A model generated the notes under the pieces. The model was not told the origin of the DNA. It saw only the letters and a list, made by a program, of their open reading frames with translations, and ran no database searches. A stretch of 64,000 nt of DNA from Phoronis australis (Eukaryota; Animalia; Phoronida): assembly GCA_002633005.1 (NCBI GenBank), contig NMRA01000258.1:1-64000 (forward strand), written 5' to 3'. Shown piece after piece: positions 49,733-62,647 of the stretch (positions are counted from its first letter, which is position 1; the number at the start of each line of letters is the position of its first letter). The position numbers and the translations under genes are program-made.

Positions 49733-50243
49733 GTAGGCCTGCAAGCCAGCGTGTATTATTGTGGATGTAGTTTTTCGTGCGCGTGTGAACTAACTGCAAT
49801 TTTTGAAAAGTAAACATGCCAGCGTGATTGCAGACTGTCTAAATGAGTGCGCCACCAACTGATAATGAGTTGAATTTATGATAGAAGAAACGTGCTCTAC
49901 GTGACAAAAGTGGCATATTTTCTGTCATTTATTGAAATCTGCAGGGTAGGGGTTAGTGAAAGCCGCTGCTACAACATCTGTTGCAGATTACACAACAGTT
50001 TCTGTTTTTGAGTTATTCACTGTTAAAGTTAGTGATCGTGAACCCCACTAATGTCATGGTTTATTCAGCAAAGTCAGGTCTCTGCTTTGATCTTATTAAT
50101 AAACACATTAATGTGATGACCACCTGAGGCGCCTGTTTGTTGTATAATTCTTGAGTGTTATATGATGATTAGTAAGGGCTGTCTTAGTGTTTTTTGCAAC
50201 ATCACTCATAATTATTGATTTTTGCTTTCTGTCTGTTTGTCAG

Positions 50244-50385
50244 GGTTTTTTCAAGAGAAGCTTGCCGAGACAGCACAAGTACAAATGTTTCTTTGGTGGA
50301 GAATGTATGATCAGCCCGAAAGATCGTAATCGCTGTAAAGCCTGCCGCTTCAAACGTTGCCTGCAAAGTGGCATGTCCTTAGATG
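50244..50385 (+). CDS. Nuclear receptor exon 2 (second zinc finger)
   Basis: GFFKRS...YKCFFGGEC...RNRCKACRFKRCLQSGMS; canonical splice sites. Confidence 0.95.
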
Positions 50386-50655
50386 GTATGTGACTCCAAG
50401 GAAACGGACGAATCTTTAGAGATTTGAGAGAAGGTAGAAGTGGAATGGAGGGAGGGGTATGGAAGGAGGGGTGTAACGGGAGGGGGAGGGGTGGCAAGAA
50501 GAGAGAGAGAGAGATTAGTATCATACTGTTAAGCTTGAGGTAACTTGCGCATTCAGAACTGTCAAGTTGTTGCGATGAATCTGTTTTGAAGACATCTGCT
50601 GATTGATCATTTGACTTCTTATAGCCTCAAAGTCACTCCAGTATTCTTCGTTATT

Positions 50656-51886
50656 ACTCGGCGAAATAAATAAATAAATTTCGCCAAGTATGTGGCTCTT
50701 CCACTAAGTTTGTTTGTTTTTTTGTTTGTTCGCACTATACAGGTCGCAATTTTCGTCCGATCATCACGAAATGTACACATAACACGTACTTCCGGAAGTA
50801 CTGGAAGCCTATTGTTTTTGTTCAAAATCGGATCCAAGATGGCGGCTGTGGCGGCCATTTTGTTTTCATTTAAAGTTCAAATGCTTCTGGAGGCTACAAT
50901 TTTTTACATAAAAAGCTAAGAATCGGCACAGTAAATGGACCAGAAGTTTGCTACAAGTATACCAGAAATTGTTTACTTCCGGTTAAAGATGGCGGAAATA
51001 TCGGCGATCGCGCATGCGCACCTCGATTTTGACCTAAAACGTTTTCTCCTGTAGAGGGCACATTATAAAACCAATTCGTTTGAATTTTTAAAGGTATTAG
51101 TTTCTTATGACATGCTATTATACAAAGCCAAAAAACCGGAAGTTGCTTTCAAGATGGCGGATCTGGCGCATGTTGACCCATTTTCAGTCGTGCTGGAGTG
51201 CGATTTTAAACGGGAAGAGAAAAAGACGTGATTTTTTGCATGCGGATTCTTTGGAGTATATTCCTTCAAATGGCCTGTAACAATTTTTTCTCAGACTTAC
51301 CGTTTTCAAGTTATTTGACTTTGAATTTCTTAAAAAAACTCAAAATTTCATTTTTTTCAAAAAATTTACGGAATTAGGCGATACCATCAGTTTAGATAGA
51401 GTTTTGAACGGGCTTTCAGAAGATGTTTTCCATTTTTCGCTAGGACGTCTACTTTTCGAGTTATTTGAGATTTTCTGATAACGCTGTTCCTTTGTTGAGC
51501 GCTCTTGCTGCATTGATGTTGGTTTATCTTCTATTGAACTAGACTGTAGCCTATTTCTTATTGATTTATGACATCTAAGTTCGTCATATGAATGTTGTGA
51601 TGTTGTTCATCATCGCCACCACCATCATCATATTCGTCATCATCGTCATCATCTTCGTCATCAACTCCGTCGTTGTCTTTTCCGTTAATTTCGCGAAATG
51701 TCGCTCAAGACTGTAGCCTTTATCTTACTGATTTTGGACTTCTACGTTCGTCATGTGTATGTTATTATTACTTCTTTTGTTCATCCTCGCCACCATCGTC
51801 GTCTTATTCGTCATCTTTGTCATCATCTTTATCGTCATCTTTTTGGTTAATTTCGCCAAGTTTCGCTCCTCGGAGTGCTTTCATTT
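50656..51886 (+). mobile_element. Helentron-associated non-autonomous element (HINE/DINE-like), copy 1
   Basis: 5' ACTCGGCGAA with nearby inverted TTCGCCAAGT, (GTTT)n microsatellite, 3' TTCGCCAAGT followed by a GCTCCTCGGAG stem-loop and T-rich end. Confidence 0.7.
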
Positions 51887-52021
51887 GTTCTGGTAGCCTA
51901 GGACACAATCTATTTATCTGTTCCAAATTTAAATCATTGACATTCAGAGCAAAGCACTTTTCATCAGCAGTGAGTTTATAAAATTCTATTAAACAACTAG
52001 GCAGAGGAGCAATGGGCCGAG

Positions 52022-52885
52022 TGTAGGACAAAACCGAAGCAAAAGAATGTGCGAGGATAAATTTAAAGAGTAAACTGATCATTTTTAACATGAGTTGAGT
52101 ATAGGGTGAGGAAGTCTTCATCCGTTAATGAATACAAACCACTTCCATGCATCAACATACTACTATACAGAACTGCAGGATACAAAACACTGAGACGACA
52201 AATCGTTGTAACGGACTGTGGCGCCATCTATCATATACTATCACATCTCCCTTTCAATGTTGGTCTAACGCTCCTGTGTTAGAGTGAGTGACTTCAAGGC
52301 AAACGCGACGACCCTTTCTCATCCCTGATCATCTGTATTTATTTTAGTGCAGCATTAAGACCCTTTTTACTCGCATCTACCTGTATGAGGGTATCATGTT
52401 TGGGGTTAAAGTATCTCAGGGTGACTTTCTCACATATTTGTGCCTTGAAGGACTCGAAAAATCCCTCATGGGTTGCTGTACATTCCCACAGCACATCCTT
52501 TTTGAGCAAATCTCGTAGAACGGTGGTTCTGTCTGCTAAGTTGGGAATAAATGGTGCCAGATATTGCACCATTCCTAGCAACCGCTGTAGGTCCTTAACA
52601 CTGGATGGATTAGGAAGGTTATTCTGCAGTTTTCTTGGGTCTGGTCAGATGCCATCCTTGGTGTACACCGTGCCAAAGAATGTTAACTACTTATTTCCCC
52701 TTGACATGTATTTTGTCAGGGTTGAAAACCTTCCCTTTCTCTTGTGCCCGTTTTATCAGGTTGTGCATGTTTCTGTCGTGGTCCTCTTCATCTGCGCCGA
52801 AAACCAGTATGTCATCTGTAATGTTCATGGTAATCTTACATCCAGTCAATTGATTTCGTTCTTGGAGCACATCTTGAGAAACTTG
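52022..52885 (-). mobile_element. Gypsy-type LTR retrotransposon remnant (RT-RNaseH fragment, PPT, putative LTR)
   Basis: TDDILVFG, LGMVQYLAPFIPNL and IQVDASKKGL. Purine tract GAAAGGGAGA (52255-52246) directly before a TGT...ACA segment (52245-52022). Integrase missing. Confidence 0.8.
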
Positions 52886-53234
52886 TAAAACAAAAGGCAA
52901 TTGCGAAAATGGTACCTGCTTCCTGGAGTAATTAGCAAACTTGTAAACAACTGATGTGATGTCAAGTGAGGTTTGTTTGGCATTGCTAGAGTCTTTAAAG
53001 AGTACAATATGGTAGAATTTCAATAAACCAGGGTGACATTCATGGAAACAAAAATCAACACTCCATCCTCACCATCCAATCACAGATTAGTGAGCTCCCA
53101 AACATACTTACAAAACGATCACTTTTCCCTTGCTCGATTTTGTGAGGTCTTGTGAGATTTTGCTTTTTTGAAGAAACTTGGTCTGCTACGAAACGTTTGC
53201 CAGCACCTCCCGCATATTGCTTGTCTTTTACCAG

Positions 53235-54637
53235 GTATCAAGATGGGTCGTATTCCTAAGTATGTCAAGGAGCATGCCTTAGGTGCAGCAACAGCAGCAG
53301 TGAGCAGGGCAGACTATAGTGACAATGTAGTCAGTATCACAGGCAAGTCTCCACCTGATGGCCAGTCGAGTTATGAGGAGCCCACCAGGCCACAGTCTGC
53401 TACATTTGCCCGTGTGTCTCTGTTGAACCCTGCAGTAGAGGATGAGGTGAGAGTGACTAAGCCAGCTGGTACATTTGAGGTACATGGTCAACAACAAACA
53501 CAGACACAAGGCTTCGCGCATGTTTCTACCAGTATTTTTCATTGTCCAGATCAGCCGTTGCGAAGTTCATCGACTGCCAACCGTACTACAAGCCATTCCT
53601 TATTTAGAGAAACTACTGTTCTGCCTAGTAGCCCTGGGTGTTTAAATTTGATTGATCAACAAAGCCAAATGGTGTGTAGAGCTCAGACCCAGTCAAGAAG
53701 TGTAGATGTAGTGACTGGAGATAATACCCTGCTACCTCATTCTCTCAACAGTTATGGTAGCCAAACATCTTCTGTATGTGGTAAAGAGATCATTGGTGAA
53801 CTGATGCATCAAGTTCTACAGCCACCCAGTCATGTTGCCCAAGAAAGGATTGACCAGGTTGTCAACAGTTTGGTTGCTTCATCTCAAAAGGATAACCAAA
53901 TGAACTCGGCCAATAGGACATTAACATCACATGTGCCTATGGCAACATCCCAAGGTATGTCTTCTCCTTTTAGTCACCAACCGTGTCTCACTAATCTCAT
54001 GTGTGCTGCCACAAGCTCAGCTTCTAAGCACTGGACTAGTGACATCTCCCAAGAATCGTTCAGTTCTTGTGGTCTAGGAAACAATCCAGGCTCATCTCAC
54101 TGTGTCAGCGGTCCTCAGCACTCAGATGTATCATTGGAATTGGATACAAAAGGATCTGACTGTCATAAACGTGCGAATGCGTTTGATGATGAATTTGACA
54201 TGAATGTGTCACAGTTTCTTGACTACAGTTATAATGAATTGGAGAACAGGACAAGATTATCTAGTTGGGAGAACTTGTCTCATACAAATACTGCCTGTAA
54301 CCAAGTGGCCTCTGGAGTAGAGAGTTCCAGTCACTGTGAAATATTCAGCTCTGCTCCACAGTCACACACATCTGAGTCCAAGATGGTCCTTTTTAGAAAC
54401 CTTTACATTGATCAGACTAGGCACCAAGCACCACCATCAACCATTACACATTCACAGAATTCTGCTCTTGTGGATGGCAGCGGTGAGGGTCACACAGGTC
54501 AACAAGATATGATGTCACAACTCCGCTCTCCTGGTTTTGAGGTGGCCTTAAGTAAAATGAAGGAAAGGTTCTGGTATCACTATGCGCATCTGTTCTTCTA
54601 CAGGAAGAGGATGTCCTTACGCTTCCAAGGAATTAAA
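53235..54637 (+). CDS. Nuclear receptor exon 3 (T/A-box plus long S/Q/T-rich hinge)
   Basis: ttaccag acceptor in phase; GIKMGRIPKYVKE; 1403 bp without a stop; AAA|gtgagt donor. Confidence 0.88.
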
Positions 54638-54929
54638 GTGAGTTTCAAGATTAAGTTAAATGTATCACGTTTTGCAATGTTTGGTTTATCATGCATTGGC
54701 ACACTTACCTGTTTTTATCACGTTTATTCCTCTCAAACATAATTTGAGGGTACATTTAGGCTGCTTATTTGCTATATACAGTGTAACTAATAGATGTCAT
54801 GGTTTAAATCGGTCTGTGCAATCGCTAGAACACTGTGGAATGATTTACTACCCATAAGTCAACACTGTGAGTACTGTATGGTAAAATATCTCCACTGTGA
54901 TAAATATAAATTGAAAAATTACCCTTTTT

Positions 54930-56093
54930 ACTTGGCGAAATAAATTTCGCCAAGTATGTTGCTCTTCCACTAAGTTTGTTTTTTTTTTTTTTTTTTTTTT
55001 TTTTTNNNNNNNNNNNNNNNNNNNNNNNNNNNNNNNNNNNNNNNNNNNNNNNNNNNNNNNNNNNNNNNNNNNNNNNNNNNNNNNNNNNNNNNNNNNNNNN
55101 NNNNNNNNNNNNNNNNNNNNNNNNNNNNNNNNNNNNNNNNNNNNNNNNNNNNNNNNNNNNNNNNNNNNNNNNNNNNNNNNNNNNNNNNNNNNNNNNNNNN
55201 NNNNNNNNNNNNNNNNNNNNNNNNNNNNNNNNNNNNNNNNNNNNNNNNNNNNNNNNNNNNNNNNNNNNNNNNNNNNNNNNNNNNNNNNNNNNNNNNNNNN
55301 NNNNNNNNNNNNNNNNNNNNNNNNNNNNNNNNNNNNNNNNNNNNNNNNNNNNNNNNNNNNNNNNNNNNNNNNNNNNNNNNNNNNNNNNNNNNNNNNNNNN
55401 NNNNNNNNNNNNNNNNNNNNNNNNNNNNNNNNNNNNNNNNNNNNNNNNNNNNNNNNNNNNNNNNNNNNNNNNNNNNNNNNNNNNNNNNNNNNNNNNNNNN
55501 NNNNNNNNNNNNNNNNNNNNNNNNNNNNNNNNNNNNNNNNNNNNNNNNNNNNNNNNNNNNNNNNNNNNNNNNNNNNNNNNNNNNNNNNNNNNNNNNNNNN
55601 NNNNNNNNNNNNNNNNNNNNNNNNNNNNNNNNNNNNNNNNNNNNNNNNNNNNNNNNNNNNNNNNNNNNNNACGTCTACTTTTCGAGTTATTTGAGATTTT
55701 CTGATAACGCTGTTCCTTTGTTGAGCGCTCTTGCTGCATTGATGTTGGTATATCCTCTTTTGAACTAGACTGTAGCCTATTTCTTATTCATTTATGACAT
55801 CTAAGTTCGTCATATGAATGTTGTGATGTTGTTCATCATCGCCACCACCATCATCATATTCGTCATCATCTTCGTCATCATCTCCGTCGTTGTCTTTTCC
55901 GTTAATTTCGCCAAGTGTCGCACAAGACTGTAGCCTTTTTCTTACTGATTTCGGACCTTTACGTTCGCCATGTGTATGTTATTAATACTTCTTTTTTTCA
56001 CCATCGTCGTCATATTCGTCATCTTTGTCATCATCTTTATCGTCATCTTTTTGGTTAATTTCGCCAAGGTTCGCTCCTCGGAGCGCTTCATTT
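54930..56093 (+). mobile_element. HINE-like element, copy 2 (gap inside)
   Basis: Same 5' hairpin and 3' stem-loop as copy 1; 55671-56093 is near-identical to 51445-51886. Confidence 0.75.
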
Positions 56094-58012
56094 ATTTTTG
56101 TTAAGCTCCTTACATCCTTATGTTGCCCAGGTTTTTTTTTCAAAATATTGTCTGGTGGTAACTATGATACAGAACTCTGAACGTGGATAAGCATTGAAAG
56201 CTGCAGCTATAAGTCTTGTGAATGAAATAAAATATTGGTAGTGATGTGTCTGCCACAATAACCTGGTTAGATTTTACCAGAGTCGACCAGAGGATATTAT
56301 TTTGCCAAGACTGGATAGTGTCACCAGGGTTGATTACTGTAAAACGGCAAAATATTGCTGAATAAAACTTGTATAAGGTACCAATTTAATGCATCTCGGG
56401 TTTTATTCAAAAATTCATATTGCAGTGCTCAAAATGAATGAAACTGGTTGTCTGTTTTACCCCCCTTACCTCTTGTTCTCTCATTTCCTTTGCCCGTCCC
56501 CTCTAGAATATAGGACGCACAAAGTCGCACATAGATAATTTATCAAAATACTCATTTTCGTACCAGGGGCAAGGGTTATTATGTCAAGATTTGTGAAATG
56601 CAAAAGAACAAGGGCAAAGCCTAAGCTCAAATGACTTTCCATATCATGAATCTAGGTGTAATAAAATGCTCACCTGGTACAAATTCTTGGGGCAGGTTTT
56701 GTTAAATCTTCCAAATTTGTTTGTCAAACATGCATCAAACGCATGTTTGACATGGAATTCTGAATCAAATGCGAAAGAATTCCTTTATATCTGACCATGA
56801 ATGACACGTGTAGATAAAAGTTCAGGGGCCATGATCTAGTCCTGTACTCGAAATCAAACTCAAAATTATTTTTAGCATTTTCTTTTCTACTTTTGCGGGA
56901 ACTCAAGTTATTAAGTGGATGTTAGTCTCTGCTCGAGTACATTATGGTTTATGCATATGATTTTATTGCACTCGATGACCCCTTCATTGATGCTACTCGA
57001 GTAAACTTGAAATGTCGAGTTCAGCGGCTCAAACTTTTAACCTTGATTAATGCTGGGTCAGCAAGTGCAAATTAGGATTAAGAAGTTATCCACCCTAGCC
57101 ATTATGTGTAAAGTAATAGACACTCTTGAGTTTGCACAAAACTAGAATAGAAAGTGCCAAAAATAATTTTGAATTCAATTTCGAGTAAAAAGATTACATT
57201 CCTGGCCCAAGTATAACATCACAATGTGTTTTTCAACTTACGTATTTTTAAAAAACAAAGATCATTGTAGTGAAAAAGGCATGGAATGCGAAAGCTAGTC
57301 ATGAATATCTTTTAAACAATTCCTGACGAAAGTACCATCTCTTTTCGTTGAAGTACAGAATAATGCACCTTCCCTTTGAGGAAATTTCCAGAAAAAATCT
57401 TGAAATTCATTTTTTTAAATGTGAGCCAAGGAAAAACTCTGTGGTTACCACAGAGTTTCTAAACTACCACACGCCATAGACTAATAGTACAATCTATGCA
57501 CACGCTCACAATCAGTTGCTTAAAGTCGCTTGAGGTCAAAGGTCACATTTTCTATATAAGGGAAGTGTGCTATGCCTATGTCTTGCCTTACCAAATAAGG
57601 AGACTTACTTTGCCTTGTGGGAGAAAATCTACAAAGTGGCGAGCAGTTGGCAGACGTTTTTTTTTTTGAAATTTGAAACTAAAAAAATGCTTTGACTGCA
57701 GAAATTAAAAATCTTTACGAACAAACCCTAAAAATACTTGGTGAGCATGTTGAATTGTGTTTCAGTGGCAGAGAACCACTGTCAACATTGCAATAGTCTG
57801 TTTATCGTGTTCCAGGTCTCTTTAAGGTCACAGAGCTCCACCTGATAAATAGATATTATACAGTTAGAAAAGCTGATATTAGAACCTTTTTGCATTAATT
57901 TTTCAAATTGAAAAGTACATCTGTCAGTTTTCTACTTTAGTTAAGCACTGATCATTCCAAGGCAATAATAATGTCTGTTACTATGAACCCTAGTTTGTGA
58001 TGTCCTCTTCAG

Positions 58013-58109
58013 ATGCCTAACGAGGAGCTGGAAGTGAAAGAGGAAAACAAGGCTCAAATGTGGTCTCTATTGTTGAACAGTGTGACAGAAACCAATGAGA
58101 GAATTGTGG
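58013..58109 (+). CDS. Nuclear receptor exon 4 (LBD helix 3 region)
   Basis: cttcag acceptor; MPNEELEVKEENKAQMWSLLLNSVTETNERIV; G|gtaagt; phases fit the neighbouring exons. Confidence 0.82.
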
Positions 58110-58249
58110 GTAAGTGGTTCTGCACCTCCTTACTGGTTCAGGTCCTGGTGGCTTGATTCTTTTTGTGATTATAGCAGTCTACCTTAAGTTAGTTCTCTCT
58201 TTGTTCTTCATGAAATGAAATTTCTTCAAGTCTGTTGCCTAGTCATAAA

Positions 58250-59652
58250 ATTTGTTGTGGTTTGTTTCTGTCTTTGTTTACTCGCTTCAAGGCGCATGTC
58301 GCATCCGATTGGCGTGGAATTTTTGCACAACGTGTGTCTCGTGAATGGCTCGAATTAAGCTGGCTATTGTTTTTGGCCAAAATCGAGACATAGGATAGCG
58401 CTTTGGCAACCATTTCCCTTTTTTGTTTTGTGGAGCCATAGCTCCGCAGTTTCTGTTGGGATTTTTCTGATTTTTATCTTTGGATAGGTCATTTCAAGGT
58501 CTATCAGAAACTGTGCCATTTCTTTTTCTCTAGGACTTACCGTTCTCGAGTTATTTGAAATTTTCGGAGGTCTGGTACAAATTAATTGTCACGTGGCGTA
58601 TAAAGTATTTACATTATTGTGAAGAATTCTAGGATTAGCATAATCTAATACATGGCCTGTTACCATAGAATGAATACAACAGAGGGCACCTGGTGAGTTA
58701 GTATGACAACTAGAAGATTAGGTCAAAGAGCAAAAGATGCAAAAGTCACATTTATGTTCTTGATTGCTCTTTGACCTAATCTTCTAGTTGTCATACCAAC
58801 ATAAAACTCACCAGGTGCCCTCTGTTGTATTCATTCTATGGTAACAGGCCATGTTATAGATTATGCTAATCCTAGAATTCTTCACAATGATGTAAATAGA
58901 TTCAGATTGGCTAATTTAAGGAGAGCCTTGCCTTGTTGATCTAAATGCTAGGGCTTCCCAGCCTGACTGGGGTCATTTGAGGTCACCCTTTGGTGATAGC
59001 TTTAGTGATAGCATGTGAAGCTTCACAAGTGAGTTTTGGTTCAGTTGTTTTTGTTGCTTTTGACCATGTTACTTGTGACCTGATGTTTGGTGTGGTTTGA
59101 TATACTCCTTGAGGATGATGAATTGAGCATCATTGAAACTTTGGACTGTGTATTATGTAAACACAGAATGTTCACAACAATAGTGCTGTGTTTTCTACTA
59201 CTTTTTTGGCCCAAAACCAACAACTATCAGCTTAGTAGAACAGGTTTCTCACTGTGACTTTCCGTTCTTGTAATATTCGAGATTTACTGCTTGTTAGATG
59301 ACTGTTCTTTTATTGACTAGATATTTCAAGTTGCACTTTGTTAACCTATCATATTTGTACTGGAGATGGCATTTTTCTCTTTCGATCAACATGAAATTTA
59401 CATGCAGTGGTTATCTAGTCAATTGTGAGAGGATTTTTGTTTTGGGCAAAATTGGACACAACATGGTGCTGTGACAGGTATTTTTCGAATTTGCAGAACT
59501 AGGAGCATTTGGTGTGTAAATAGATCTCCTCATAGGCTATCTAATACATAGGTCGGAATCATGGCTGTTGATGTTTGTGGTTTCGTAGTCAACCTCACGG
59601 TTAAATTTTTATTTGGTTTTGCCAAGTGTCGCTCCTCAGAGCACTTTCATTG
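58250..59652 (+). mobile_element. Older HINE-like copy
   Basis: 3' ttgccaagtgtcgctcctcagagcactttcatt; internal similarity to 28590-29420. Confidence 0.55.
58606..58898. mobile_element. Foldback MITE (inverted arms of about 125 bp, TA flanks)
   Basis: Near-perfect reverse complementarity between about 58606-58735 and 58765-58898. Confidence 0.85.
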
Positions 59653-59818
59653 CTTATTTACCATTATCAGTACATCCAACAGCAGATGAAAACACGCATC
59701 ACATCCATCAACAATCTGTCAAATGCAGATGGTTCTTGCTTTGTTGAAACTTAGTACGAAATCTGGTGCAATCATACAGTGGTAAAATAAATCAGGTTTG
59801 TAATGTCTTCTCTGGCAG

Positions 59819-59907
59819 GCTTCAGTGCATCAGTACCTGGCTTCAACAAGTTGCCCACATCTGACCAACAAAAGCTTGCCAAGCACGCTTACTTCCCTCT
59901 TTGGATG
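59819..59907 (+). CDS. Nuclear receptor exon 5 (LBD signature)
   Basis: GFSASVPGFNKLPTSDQQKLAKHAYFPLWM fits the F...PGF..L...DQ..L signature; ggcag acceptor and gtgagt donor. Confidence 0.9.
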
Positions 59908-60350
59908 GTGAGTATAACAGAACAAACTTTATCAAAGTACTGCAGACTGTGACAGCGATTTTGTGGTATTTAGCCACAATGCTTTGTGTGCAGAGGGCTG
60001 CTGTATCTGTTGTATCCTGTTGCCAAGTTCTTGAAGCCTCAATATCTCGTGAAGTCCTGCTGGAATATTCAGTGGGTCATTTCATCTGATGGCTCGCTTG
60101 GGTCACCATCTTGAATAACGTGGGTGCACGAATACAGGCTTTGGGAAACTCTTGTTCTAAGTTCACAAAGTGTTGGGGATTTTTATCAATACAACTCACT
60201 TGTTGTACAAAACAAATGGCAGACCACGACTTAGACACAACTTTCCTATCTGAGTTGCTTTATGCCTAGTACATTTAAGTGCTTGCTGCGCTTCTGGGCT
60301 TGTACAGTTTTGCCATTTTTTCTGTTTGATATTGAAGATTGTCTTTCCAG

Positions 60351-60555
60351 ATAACGCATCACACATTTCTTCATAAGAATGGCGAGAGCCACCTGATGTT
60401 CACCAATGGAACTCGCTACCCCCGTGAATGGATGGATGTGATTCTACCGCAATCTCTAATCTTTGAGATGTTTGAGGTTGCCAAGGCTTTCAGTGATCTT
60501 CAACTGAGTGATGATGAGATGGTCTACCTGTGCGCTATTGCTGTAACAAATCAAG
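60351..60555 (+). CDS. Nuclear receptor exon 6 (LBD, to helix 8)
   Basis: ITHHTF...MFEVAKAFSDLQLSDDEMVYLCAIAVTNQ; ttccag acceptor and gtgagc donor. Confidence 0.9.
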
Positions 60556-62087
60556 GTGAGCTTAGGAGTACATACAGAATATAGCCACAGCAGCTGAATG
60601 TTGACTGCTCCTGTTATTGTGGTGTATATGAAGGAAGACTAGAGCTGGGACCTGCTTCATAGAAAATTTAAGTTAACATTTTGTGTAAATTTAGTCCAGA
60701 AAATGGATCTATTCTAATCAATATTTACTCTGGCAATAATCACCACCGGACTGGCAGATGTTGTCTTGAAGAAAATATTGGACCGTAACATTTTTAAATT
60801 TCATCTTGTACACACATTTCTATAGAAATCAGTGCATTTTTTCCCTAGAGCGCCAGGAAAGCTGTTTGTCATGACTTCAAAAGCCATAGGCTGCAATCCG
60901 TCATGCGCTCAAAGCTGATCTGTTGCTGCAGGTGGTGAGGCTTGTTTAAGCGTGATCTTATCTCATCATAAACAGATAGTTACCAACTCAGGTCTAATTG
61001 CAAAACCTTGCAACAAATTACCTTAAACTTCAGAAAATGACATTTGTGATGTTTTTGTCTGCAAGAAGCTGATTAACAGAGTTGAGCCTTCAATTTAAAA
61101 AATTGAGGAAATATCTACTCTAATGTTTACAATTTTAAATGGCATCCTAAAGACTTTAACCAGCTGACTGCTGATTGTGTTTCCACTTCATTTGTTTTAT
61201 AGGCATCTCCACAATATCCTAGTTCAATAGGGAGACAGTGCAAACGAATCTGGATTTTCTGAAGGCTTTGGCGGGACTTGCTGTCACTGTAGAAAATCTG
61301 TTCTTGATCAATAGAAAACAAATGAGTGCATGGCTTCAAAGCTTGAACTGATGAGATGGTTTCACAAACAAAAATACAAGTCCCACAATTCAATATTCTG
61401 CCATTGATTTGGCTTCAGTTCTCAGCATCTACTTTTCTAATATGTTCATTTTTTTCTCGACTGGTAGTTATTACAGAATACAGAGAGCAAGCTTGAAGTT
61501 TCGTTGTCTGTTTTTTATAATTGGTTGGAATTAACAAATAAAATTGGTTGCTCGTTCTGCCATTGTCTGACATGTCCTGACAGTAAACAGACTTGTCTGG
61601 TTATTTTCCGCTTGAAACACAGTGCTCTCCATAACAGAAAAAAAAATCGATTGAAATTGTCAAATTCACACACACACGCATGCACACACACGCATGAACA
61701 CACACGCATGCACACACACGCACACACACGCACGCGCGCACACGCACGCACACACACACACAATTTGGAAAGTCCACATGGTGGAGTTTCATACTAGATA
61801 AAGCTCTTTACAATTAGTTTTGCTACCAAATGTCAAAAAATGCCTTTCCTTTGGTAATTTGGGGAATAACTAATCTCCGTCAGTTCATGCACGTGGCTTA
61901 TCCTTATAACGTTTTACGGGAGAGCCAAACCCTGGAATCCTTACAGCAGGGATTCAAAAATTACAGTTTGTGGGAACATATCACTTAATGTTGTACATAC
62001 ATGTAGAAAATCTAGGCAAAATCCTCCAGTGACTGAATCACCTGGTGGTCATATCGAGAACGATGTTTAAACCATATTTCTTTGCAG

Positions 62088-62161
62088 ATGGTGTTGTTCT
62101 AGAAGATAAGGAGAATGCCAAAAAGCTGCATGACCACTTGATTGATGTATTTGCTGAAGAG
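62088..62161 (+). CDS. Nuclear receptor exon 7 (LBD helix 9)
   Basis: (D)GVVLEDKENAKKLHDHLIDVFAEE; ttgcag acceptor and gtgtgt donor; phases consistent. Confidence 0.8.
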
Positions 62162-62509
62162 GTGTGTGACTGTTAAAAATGTTTAAAATGCTATGCTTGT
62201 CATTGCTCCTCACAATATTACTTAAAATGCATTGTGTATGTGGAAAATGTTTAGGGACAACATTCATTGATTTTAGTTTCCTGACAAATCTAAATGGACC
62301 ATTTTCAGACTTGGGGTTTTCAACATTTTAGCATTTTTGAACAGCAGTTTCTCTTAAGTGCATATTTAATAAATTTTGCACAGTCACTTAATAGTTCTTT
62401 TATTGTCTGTTGCTGAGGGAAACGTGTGTCAGATTTTTTATTTTCTTTCGAATGTTTTGCTTTCATTTCTTTTATACCATATGTCAGGTAACGAGCCCAC
62501 TTGTTTCAG

Positions 62510-62647
62510 GTGACCAAGAATCACACTAATTCAGGTCGGCTTCTCATTAACATGTTCACCGATGTCCTGCCCAAACTGAAAATACTCAATGAAAACCAAG
62601 ATAAAGTGATAGGCAACTTTAAGGTGCCTAAACCAAATGACACATGA
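62510..62647 (+). CDS. Nuclear receptor terminal coding exon (helices 10-11, stop)
   Basis: tttcag acceptor; VTKNHTNSGRLLINMFTDVLPKLKILNENQDKVIGNFKVPKPNDT*. The spliced CDS totals 2250 nt (749 aa). Confidence 0.85.
   Translation: MTKNHTNSGRLLINMFTDVLPKLKILNENQDKVIGNFKVPKPNDT

Noticed and set aside
51673-52121. Ser-rich and Asp-rich ORFs
   Set aside because: Derived from the (TCA/TCG)n tract inside the HINE.
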